Positions 10,575 to 18,779 of a DNA stretch of 64,000 bases are shown here, in pieces; positions within the stretch are counted from its first letter, which is position 1, and each line of letters opens with the position of its first letter. The notes under the pieces are model-generated. The model made no database searches. It had not been told where the DNA came from and worked only from the letters and a program-made list of their open reading frames with translations. Both the position numbers and the translations under genes were made by a program. Source of the DNA: Epithemia pelagica. Taxonomy: Eukaryota > Protista > Bacillariophyta. The DNA is taken from positions 2,604,001 to 2,668,000 of the forward strand of contig OX337228.1 of NCBI GenBank assembly GCA_946965045.2. The letters run 5' to 3'.

Positions 10575-12504
10575 CTCCCTCCATTCCAAAATTATTGCAA
10601 CAATTTTTTTTAGTAAAATCAGTCGCACAAAACACTCTCGTAGGCCCTGGTACATTTCTACAGGAGGATGGCTGGCTCATTCGGAGTCGAATTTTGCAGA
10701 TGAACATTCACTGTGACACGTGCCCAAAAATCTATCCAGGCCTTCAATCCTCACTCCCCATCGGCCAAGGACTTCACTCATCTCCCACCACGACCACCAA
10801 AAACTCACGAGCAGCAGCAACAACAACACAATACACACAACGATCCTAATCCTAGGGTGACAATCATTGGCCGTGGCCCCTGGTCGCCTCCTTGTTCAAG
10901 TGGAGGTCGACCAGGTATTCTTGTGATTAGTACTTTAAGTTCTAATCTTGTATATCGCTGTTTGTAGGACTAGTGAGGTCGTCTGTCACTGGCAGGACAT
11001 GGGGAAGCTCCCCTTTCCTCTCCAGACCCTGTTTGTCCATGTGTGGTAGTTTGTAGTCATTTCCTCCCCCTGCTTCAATTATTTCATTGAAGCAGGATTG
11101 GAGGGTGAGCCATGTGTGGTTCAGTCGCTCCCTGGGATAGGAATCAAAAGCTTTCTGTACAGATTCCAGCAGCTGTGCCTCATTCGACCCAACAATCAAA
11201 TTGCAACTCTGTATGGCCCTGAAAAAGCCCAGATCACATATGTTTGTGTCTGGGCTGTTGGGAGCTTGTGTAAAAAACTCGGCCCTCACTCCCAACTCTT
11301 TCATGGACCTAAGAAACTCAACAAAGTACATGTCTCCATCCTTGATATGGGACTTGGCGCCATCCTGTTGAATCCTTATGGTTCTCTTGTTTCTGTCTGC
11401 TTGTGGCCACTTCTCCAATATTGCTGGCATTAGTTTTTCCACAAGTAAATCCCTGTAGACCTCTCTGTTAACAGTAATGTTCTTCCATACCATAGTCCCC
11501 TTTTCCCTGTTGACGCTGTTCCTCTTAGCAGGGACCCACTCCCCAATGGGCCAAATGCCCAGTTTTCCATCCCACCATTGATTGAGCGCAGGAACAAAGC
11601 GAGGGCGAGCCACAGCACAAAAGAACATTACTTTTGTAATGTGGCTCTTGTGTTTGCATGTCCTCTGTGGATCCTCTTCATTGTCTGCCAAGACAAAACG
11701 CTGTGCATCCTTCGACACAAAGAACCACTTTTCATCAACATGGATCATGTCAAGCATGTCCTGGTACTCACCGGGTTTCAAAGGGTTCACAAAGGACTGA
11801 GCCATGAGGTATCTAGTCCTCTTGTTGGTCTCAGTCAAGAAGGGCTTCAAGGAGTTGGTGTGGCATCGAAGAGTGCCTTTTTTAACCCAACGATGGACTG
11901 TGCTCTTTGAAACACCCAAAACGGCGGAGAGTTGTTCCTGAGATCTTCGCTTCATCAATGGGACATTTTTAACCGCCTCTCTGACTTCCGGTGAAGAACA
12001 GATAGGAAGTCGTCCACGCGCGCGTGCGTTGGATGAAATTTCAGGAGAGTTAATTACGGTCTCCGCGCGTGATTTCTTCGCGCGCTCCCAAAGTCTACTT
12101 ATGGTGCATCGATGCACACCAAACATTTTGGCGACACCAGACAAAACACCTCTGGGCAAGGTGCCAGAAAGGTTGAAGGTTAGAAGGATGGCCATGGCAC
12201 GTCCGCGGTCTTCTGCCCGCAATTCCTTATACTTTACCCCCCTCCGGGGCTGGCTGGAAGGTGCCATGGTTTGGGGTGGTCTGTGGGGCTAGAACCGGTA
12301 CGCCAAAGTCAGGGGTTTTCTTCTTGCTTACTTTGGTTCCTCGTAACTCTCCAGGATTGTGAGATGGAACATACAAATTATACATCGAAATGTGGGTCTT
12401 GTAATGAGCTTTCGATCTATATAATTTTTAGCGCCAACGGGCTGGCGCTTGAGACGTTACGTCATTTTTAGAAACTTGTTGCGATAATTTTGGAACGGAG
12501 GGAG
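10575..12504 (-). mobile_element. Tc1/mariner DNA transposon, plant-mariner (Stowaway-end) type, apparently intact
   Basis: About 32-bp TIRs CTCCCTCC(A/G)TTCCAAAATTAT(T/C)GCAACAA, with TA TSD at 10573-10574 and 12505-12506. Confidence 0.95.
10942..12267 (-). CDS. Mariner-type DDD transposase (441 aa)
   Basis: Motifs HVDEKWF, KVMFFCAVARP, IQQDGAKSH and QAPNSPDTNICDLGFF; N-terminal HTH-like segments. Confidence 0.95.
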   Translation of the reverse strand: MAPSSQPRRGVKYKELRAEDRGRAMAILLTFNLSGTLPRGVLSGVAKMFGVHRCTISRLWERAKKSRAETVINSPEISSNARARGRLPICSSPEVREAVKNVPLMKRRSQEQLSAVLGVSKSTVHRWVKKGTLRCHTNSLKPFLTETNKRTRYLMAQSFVNPLKPGEYQDMLDMIHVDEKWFFVSKDAQRFVLADNEEDPQRTCKHKSHITKVMFFCAVARPRFVPALNQWWDGKLGIWPIGEWVPAKRNSVNREKGTMVWKNITVNREVYRDLLVEKLMPAILEKWPQADRNKRTIRIQQDGAKSHIKDGDMYFVEFLRSMKELGVRAEFFTQAPNSPDTNICDLGFFRAIQSCNLIVGSNEAQLLESVQKAFDSYPRERLNHTWLTLQSCFNEIIEAGGGNDYKLPHMDKQGLERKGELPHVLPVTDDLTSPTNSDIQD

Positions 12505-12559
12505 TAGGAGTAGACAACAGAGCGAGACAACCAGATCAGGGTTTGGAAGTCAAACTTTA

Positions 12560-12810
12560 GACATTTCTGACTTCACGACTTTATCGTTGACTTTACGACG
12601 ACTTTATCACTTAAAGTCAAGTCATCCCTGTACAGCTACATGACTTTAACCATAAAGTCAAGTCACCCCTATTATATACCTGACTTTAACCGTAAAGTCA
12701 AGTCATGCCTCTGTAGCTACTTGACTTTAACCATAAAGTCAAGTCACTGTCTACATGATAGTGACTTTGTCTACATAAGTCAAGTCACACTCACTTCAAG
12801 ACTGACTTCG
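12560..12810. repeat. Left subterminal array of TGACTTTA-N4-TAAAGTCA(AGTCA) palindromes
   Basis: Units start at 12641, 12681 and 12722 (40-41 bp period), with degenerate copies on both sides. Confidence 0.88.
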
Positions 12811-12881
12811 TACACGATACACGATACACGATATACGATCCTCCCCGCATAGAAAAACACAGAGTAAACATGAATGAATGA

Positions 12882-15464
12882 ATGAATGACCCAAAATTCC
12901 AAACGACCACTTACACACATCTCGTCCCTACACCATACATCCCATTTCTGCACCTCCACTGTGTCGACACAGGGGGAGACGGGTTCATGTCATTTGGCCT
13001 GTGTGGTCGTTTGTCCTTAACTCAACAGATAGAACTCCACCCAAGCCCCAGCAGATCTATATCAACCTTATCCAGTACGTCGTCGGACACCATGTCCCCT
13101 TCGAAGCAAGCTTCTGGTGCTCCAGCTTCATCTTCGAACCAAGGGGAAGAGGAAGAGGCTGTCCTTAACAACACTTCTACAGTTACAGCAGATGCCGATG
13201 TCGCAGAGTGCCCGGCTGCTTCAACAGAAACAGAGCAAGGCCAAGACGCAGCAGATGATGAGGTTCAAGACGTAACAGCTGATCACCTCAGAGCGATCCA
13301 AAAAGAAAAATCCTACATTAAGTTCCGTTCACCACCCAAATCAATATTCAAGAAGACCGGCACCAAATGGTGGACAGTTCATCATGTCGATTTCGCTCAC
13401 ATTCGATCGTTGAAGCGAAGACTGAAGACGGAAATAAGTGCCAATGAACTTGAGACAATGGGAGGTATACTTCGCTGTTTCGAAATATTGGATGAAGCTT
13501 CAGAAGACGACCCTCAAGAAGAGGTTTATGAATCAATTGCCAAGCGACTTTTTGTATGTCCGAGATGCTTTGACAATGCGAGCTCTCCACTCCTTAAAGC
13601 AACAATTCTTTGCACCGAAGGAGTATCATCTAATATCGGACAGCACAATCTACGAGTGCACGAAGAACTTCCCGAAAAGAAAAGCGAACCGCTTCTCGAA
13701 AATTCCAAACAACCCTTGATGTCCTCGTATTCCCAACCAATGAAGTCTAGGGAAGAAACGGTCCAAACATTTCGGACAAAGGTCTATGAGTTTATCAACG
13801 ACAATGGTTTCCCTGCTTCCACTGTGGAGAAACCAAACTTTCGAGACCTACTGTCCTTTACTATCAAGCACGCCCCAAGGCTGAGTAGCCAAGATGTTGT
13901 CATCAGCAACCAAGAAGTGGCGAATGAAGTCCCAAATGATGGCAACGACAACAACGATAATGATTCCGAAGTGTCAGAGGACGACGCCTTCAACATATTT
14001 GCTTCCTATAAAGCAGCACAAGATCGTGAGGCAAATGCACGGCGAATGACTACTGGAGGCAATGGCGGTCAAAACAACAAACAGGTTCTTCGAGACAAGC
14101 TATATGAGAAAATAAACGATGAATTCGGGCAGTTCATGGACTACAGTGAGAGAATGGTACAGAGCTCTTGGGAAAGTCACATCAGAAAGTTCCCTTCAGC
14201 AGTGTTTCGAAAAGAATCAGCTACTTGGACACCAAAACAATGGAGCCGATTCAAAGTTGCATGTAACAAGTTACTATTCAGCCGAGTTGGAAAGTACTTT
14301 GACGTCCTTTCGTGGTGGGCAATCTTCAAAGATCGCTTTCCTCAAATTTTTCCCACGGCAATAATCTGGACTGCCAAGCCCGCTACAAATGCGTTCCAAG
14401 AACGTGTTTTTTCTACGGCCTCATTGATGGATGCCAACAAGCGGATGAATCGGCAACTGGATAAGAACTTCGAGATGCGCACATTGGGTTGTCTTACAAG
14501 ACCTCTAGTGGAAATGATCTGGAAAAGGGAAAAAGAGATCATGAATGACGAAAAGAAGAAGAGAGAAGCGGAGGGGGGTGGTGAGGAGGACGCAGTAGTC
14601 GTGGTAGACGACTCTCAGTGGTGGACTGAAGATGAAGAAGATGAAGCACGATCAGTCCCCACAACAGGGGGTGTGAAGCCAACACAGGATGAAGAGACAA
14701 AGACACAGGCTAAGAAGCATCAAGTACCTATCGGGCAACTTGCAGAAGATTCAACACAAGGAGAGATGTTGCGTATGGAACAGATCGTACGAGCCACCAA
14801 CTCATATCAAGAGCACTTGGACAAGGGTAACAGTCTGGACGAAGGGATTCTTATGGAACCTTATAAGTTTAGTGCGAACGACAACGACGAGGTTGCTGAT
14901 GACCGATCTGTTGATAGTGTCGAAATTTTGGACATCGTTGATATGACCGACATTGACCAGGTGGAGATGATGGATAGAGGACGAACTTACCAAACCACAG
15001 ATGACTCGGATTTTGCTCTGGTCACTGTAGCCAGAGAAGAAAAGGAAACACTGAAAGCATATGCGTCAGTAATCGGAGGTGATACTGATAAGGACGAAGC
15101 ACTCAATAACAATCAAGTATCAGAGAATGGACCTGGCGACTCGATGAAGACTCCATCATCGTCAGCCAGGAAGAGGAAAGGCTCTGTTGATGCAACCCCA
15201 ACCAGTGCAGCTTCCAGTTCGACGAAACAGAAACAGAAAAGAGCCCGAAAGGCACCAGGTTCAAAGGGAAGTCGGTCGTCGAAGAATCCATCAAAGCGAA
15301 GGCAAACAAAACTACAGCAGGCGTTTCCCAAAAAGAAACCACCTCCAACAACAGAGAATACTACGGAACAAGAGCAGCCAGCAGCCGCATCAAAGGAGTC
15401 CTCAGCATCAGCATCCTCATCACCACGCAAGGGCACTTGGACAAGTCCACGTACTAAGAAGTAG
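12882..15464 (+). CDS. hAT transposase derivative (BED finger + dimerisation domain, catalytic core apparently deleted); likely start at ATG 13092
   Basis: BED-like CPRC...SSNIGQHNLRVH; hAT DNA-binding segment FINDNGFPASTVEKPNFRDLL; C-terminal SWWAIFKDRFP...PATNAFQERVFS. No DxW, second Asp or CxxH region between them. Confidence 0.82.
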   Translation: MNDPKFQTTTYTHLVPTPYIPFLHLHCVDTGGDGFMSFGLCGRLSLTQQIELHPSPSRSISTLSSTSSDTMSPSKQASGAPASSSNQGEEEEAVLNNTSTVTADADVAECPAASTETEQGQDAADDEVQDVTADHLRAIQKEKSYIKFRSPPKSIFKKTGTKWWTVHHVDFAHIRSLKRRLKTEISANELETMGGILRCFEILDEASEDDPQEEVYESIAKRLFVCPRCFDNASSPLLKATILCTEGVSSNIGQHNLRVHEELPEKKSEPLLENSKQPLMSSYSQPMKSREETVQTFRTKVYEFINDNGFPASTVEKPNFRDLLSFTIKHAPRLSSQDVVISNQEVANEVPNDGNDNNDNDSEVSEDDAFNIFASYKAAQDREANARRMTTGGNGGQNNKQVLRDKLYEKINDEFGQFMDYSERMVQSSWESHIRKFPSAVFRKESATWTPKQWSRFKVACNKLLFSRVGKYFDVLSWWAIFKDRFPQIFPTAIIWTAKPATNAFQERVFSTASLMDANKRMNRQLDKNFEMRTLGCLTRPLVEMIWKREKEIMNDEKKKREAEGGGEEDAVVVVDDSQWWTEDEEDEARSVPTTGGVKPTQDEETKTQAKKHQVPIGQLAEDSTQGEMLRMEQIVRATNSYQEHLDKGNSLDEGILMEPYKFSANDNDEVADDRSVDSVEILDIVDMTDIDQVEMMDRGRTYQTTDDSDFALVTVAREEKETLKAYASVIGGDTDKDEALNNNQVSENGPGDSMKTPSSSARKRKGSVDATPTSAASSSTKQKQKRARKAPGSKGSRSSKNPSKRRQTKLQQAFPKKKPPPTTENTTEQEQPAAASKESSASASSSPRKGTWTSPRTKK

Positions 15465-15630
15465 AGGAAAGGACAAAAGATTCATATCAGAAGAGAATCA
15501 TCACAACAAGACAATCACATCACGGATATCCCACAAATTATCACTACCAACTACCAATCACATCACACACAAAGTACATGTCGGATGTCATTACAACATA
15601 ATAATCTTAGTAAGTAGTAAAAAATTAGCG

Positions 15631-17475
15631 TCAACTCCAGGTTTGGTATTCTTTAATCAGCTCGACATAGATGTAGTGCAGGTTGTTCTTACGGTTGGTT
15701 TCTTGTATCACGTCGTCTTTTCTCGGACAGACATGGCTGATAAGAATCATGAATGACAATTCGGAGGTTTGTTTCGTAGAGAGAATTTGTCCAAACGCAC
15801 CAAATACCGGATTGAGAATGTGCCAGTACTGGGTTGGAAGCCATGACTGGAGGATCAGAGAGGATTCTAAGCCATCTGTAACGTAACTTGGAATCCAGTG
15901 CAGTACTTTACAGCATCGCATTACATGAGTGTCACTTGGTATGCCTTCATGTCGATTGAAAGCAAATGACAGAACAATGGAAGCAGTCTTGTGTCCAATG
16001 CCAAAAATGCATTGAAGCTCGTGGAGACTTATCGTAGGTGAAATGCGACCATGATGAAAATATATGAAGTAATCAGCGGCATTCACTATGCGTTCGGCAT
16101 TGTCATAGTACCGGCCAGATGGAGACAACACACTGCAAAGTGCATCCATTCCATACTTCTTCGCAATTTCAATTGTCGCTTTGGATGACGTAAGTCCAAG
16201 TTTGAACAGACCAGGTACAAGGGAAGAGAGTTGACGGTCCGAAGTACTTGAGCTCATGAGTATAACGATAAGGCACATAAAAGCACGGTCGGAATCCTTG
16301 TCAACCGAAATGTAATCGTCAATCCACTTTTCCCAATCATCTCGGGGACTTCGTAGATTGTCCTCTTGGAATTTCTTGTGAAGGGTGGCAAAGTCTTCTA
16401 GTAGTTGTATCCGGCTAGAAATAATAGCTGTACCAGGAATGTCGGGAAGTTTTTTTCTGAATGCTTGTGGTGGATTGGTTTTCGGTCTGGTTCCAGGAAG
16501 ATGTCGTTTTCCATTGTTGTATTGTATGCCTTGTTTCGAACTTGCAGCATTCTTCAGTAGTAATGCCATCTGTGCACATTGTCGTCGTGTTTTGGGAACA
16601 TAGGCTGACATCAGGCTGTTGGGGGAATTTTTTATATCCTTGTTCATCATTGGGGAGGATGTATCTCCCTTTTTGGTCTGAGACTGAGAATTATGATCCA
16701 ATTGTGAATTGGGTAGCCCAGGTTGTTGTAGTGGCTGTTGTTGTTCCAGGTCTTCAACCTCGTCAGTAATAGTATTCTGGTTGAAATCATCCTTGGATTG
16801 ACTGTTGACGATGGCTTCTAGAATGGACTGGGAAATGCATTGAACTAAGGGGCGAATGGAAGGGGGGAAAGTCCGAATGGAAGAACCCGATGATGAAACA
16901 AGGATTCGGCCATCGTGATGAGTGATCCAAGTATGAAAGGCATCAGTGATTTCATCATGGTTCAATGGAGATGATGGAGATTCGTTGATGAGGTCTTCAA
17001 CAAAGTTGCAACACTCAAGGAATGTTGCATCTTGGGAAACAGAGAATGTCGGATTGCAGGAGAACTTGAGGAGAATATAAGGGAGATTGTCTTTGAGCGG
17101 TTTGCATTGATACTTGTATTCTGAAAGATGACTTGATTTCGGTATTGCAAACATTGCTGTATACATAAGAAGAGCGGCCTTCTCAAAAACCTCTTCAAAT
17201 GTATACCAAAAATGGGTTTGGCAAGTATGGCTGGTGGTCAATTCGAAATCTTTGGGAATTACGGAGATTGTGCCTTGCTCGCAATTCATCCAAAGAATCA
17301 GTGTGCTCTTTATGGCGTCGAGTCTTCCTTCAAAGTCTTCTTGTGAATCCGAGTCGATTTCTGAAAGCATAAGGTCAAAAAGTGACATTGGTGCATGTTC
17401 GAGAGAGATGCTTATGTTGCAACAACTGCATATTGTAACGTATGGTCGGTGTTTCTGACAGTGTGGAGGGTTCAT
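15631..17475 (-). CDS. Endonuclease III/NTH-like HhH-GPD DNA glycosylase (C-terminal) with an uncharacterised ~370-aa N-terminal region
   Basis: LMSSSTSD (cf. LSSQTKD); HhH IFGIGHKTASIVL with Lys at 15988-15990; GIPSDTHVMR with Asp at 15931-15933; WLPTQYWHILNPVFGAFGQ (cf. NTHL1 WLPRELWHEINGLLVGFGQ). No C-x6-C-x2-C-x5-C. Confidence 0.9.
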   Translation of the reverse strand: MNPPHCQKHRPYVTICSCCNISISLEHAPMSLFDLMLSEIDSDSQEDFEGRLDAIKSTLILWMNCEQGTISVIPKDFELTTSHTCQTHFWYTFEEVFEKAALLMYTAMFAIPKSSHLSEYKYQCKPLKDNLPYILLKFSCNPTFSVSQDATFLECCNFVEDLINESPSSPLNHDEITDAFHTWITHHDGRILVSSSGSSIRTFPPSIRPLVQCISQSILEAIVNSQSKDDFNQNTITDEVEDLEQQQPLQQPGLPNSQLDHNSQSQTKKGDTSSPMMNKDIKNSPNSLMSAYVPKTRRQCAQMALLLKNAASSKQGIQYNNGKRHLPGTRPKTNPPQAFRKKLPDIPGTAIISSRIQLLEDFATLHKKFQEDNLRSPRDDWEKWIDDYISVDKDSDRAFMCLIVILMSSSTSDRQLSSLVPGLFKLGLTSSKATIEIAKKYGMDALCSVLSPSGRYYDNAERIVNAADYFIYFHHGRISPTISLHELQCIFGIGHKTASIVLSFAFNRHEGIPSDTHVMRCCKVLHWIPSYVTDGLESSLILQSWLPTQYWHILNPVFGAFGQILSTKQTSELSFMILISHVCPRKDDVIQETNRKNNLHYIYVELIKEYQTWS

Positions 17476-17549
17476 GGTTTCCTTTGCTTTTGGCTGCTCG
17501 ATACGATTGTCCAGAGTACAGAGTGTGGAATGTGGAATACGTGCTTGAG

Positions 17550-17880
17550 TCGACTTAAAGTCATAAAGTCATCGACTTAAAGTCAGGTCGGTTGCGCTTA
17601 AAGTCAAGTCGGTGCATTAAGAATTGTGACTTTAACTGTTAAAGTCAAGTCACTGTGATCTAAATGGTTGACTTTAACTGTTAAAGTCAAGTCACTGTGA
17701 TCTAGATGGTCGACTTTATGTCTGAAGTCAAGTTGCCTGTTGCAGGAATGTGACTTTATGCATAAAGTCAAGTTGCTTGTTGGTTGGATATGACTTTGGT
17801 GGGTGAAGTTAAATCGCTAAACTTTTGTGACTTGACTTTAAGGGGTAAAGTTAAGTTAGCAGGTCGTGTGAGTTGACTTC
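17550..17880. repeat. Right subterminal array of TGACTTTA-N4/5-TAAAGTCA(AGTCA) palindromes
   Basis: Units at about 17627, 17669, 17711, 17751, 17791 and 17833-17856 (about 40-42 bp period). Confidence 0.88.
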
Positions 17881-17982
17881 TATACCCTGAACCAGATGAC
17901 GTCATTTCATAAACCGCAAAAGACGAAGATGGTGACACTCTCAAGTCTCAAGAAACTGGTTGAAGTCGATCACTCTTTTTGA

Positions 17983-18765
17983 TTGACCCCGACCATGAGA
18001 ACGTTTTCGGTAAAAGTAAAAGTTTGGCTGGTAGTACTACTTGCTCTCGGCCAAAACCATGCCTCCCTGGGATTTGTAGTCTCTGGATCAACTGGGGTGC
18101 ATCTTTTGTTGTCGCCAGCTTTGCGTCCATCCAAACAAGGATTTACTTCGAAGACAATAAACAAAGCCTGGTTGATAAAGGATCAACCTGCGATCAAGCC
18201 CATGTCGCGACAGTCGTATACTCGTCTGTTCATGTACAACCTCCCGCCGTCACCTCAAGGAGGCGGTGGTCCTCTGCGTGAACTGTTGACAGGCGCTCTG
18301 ACTCTAGTTGCCATTGTCGCGTTCTTCGCGAGTCCACTGGGTGGGATATTTTTTACAATTCTCAACTCGTTCTTTCTACTCAGCGTCTTGACACCGTTTA
18401 TTCTATGGTTGGGTTTTCAAGCTTGGCAGTTCTTTTATACCGTTGAAGGCCCATGTCCAAATTGCGGCGCTCCACTTCGAATTGCCAAGGATCCCAATTC
18501 TCCCTCGTTTTGTCTCAATTGCGGTACGGTTGTACAAGCCACAGACGATGGTAATGCAATTGACTTTTTCTACAATGACAATCTCAATCAACAACAGCAA
18601 GTGATTGTTGACGATGACTATACATCCTCCATATTCGATAGTTTCTTCGGCGGAGGAACACGAGGGGTTCCGAAATCGTATGATACAACGCCGGACCAAC
18701 GTCAATCCAAATTCCGAAGAGAAACTACCATCATTGATGTAGAATTTGAGGATGATAAGAACTAA
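17983..18765 (+). CDS. Probable plastid-targeted membrane protein with double zinc ribbon
   Basis: Signal peptide-like N-terminus followed by LG|FVV, two hydrophobic helices, CPNCG...CLNCG and C-terminal IIDVEFED. Confidence 0.7.
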   Translation: MTPTMRTFSVKVKVWLVVLLALGQNHASLGFVVSGSTGVHLLLSPALRPSKQGFTSKTINKAWLIKDQPAIKPMSRQSYTRLFMYNLPPSPQGGGGPLRELLTGALTLVAIVAFFASPLGGIFFTILNSFFLLSVLTPFILWLGFQAWQFFYTVEGPCPNCGAPLRIAKDPNSPSFCLNCGTVVQATDDGNAIDFFYNDNLNQQQQVIVDDDYTSSIFDSFFGGGTRGVPKSYDTTPDQRQSKFRRETTIIDVEFEDDKN

Positions 18766-18779
18766 GAGCGAGTGTATGC

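Larger units (their letters stand above)
12537..17889. mobile_element. hAT DNA transposon (5353 bp) carrying a DNA glycosylase gene
   Basis: TIRs CAGGGTTTGGAAGTCAA and revcomp CAGGGTATAGAAGTCAA (15/17). Exact 8-bp TSD AACCAGAT at 12529-12536 and 17890-17897. Subterminal repeat arrays at both ends. Confidence 0.93.

Noticed and set aside
15631-16300. Calling the cargo gene a DEMETER/ROS1 orthologue
   Set aside because: By-eye similarity is to Nth/NTHL1, and there are no DME domain A or RRM-fold motifs; 5mC activity remains only a hypothesis.
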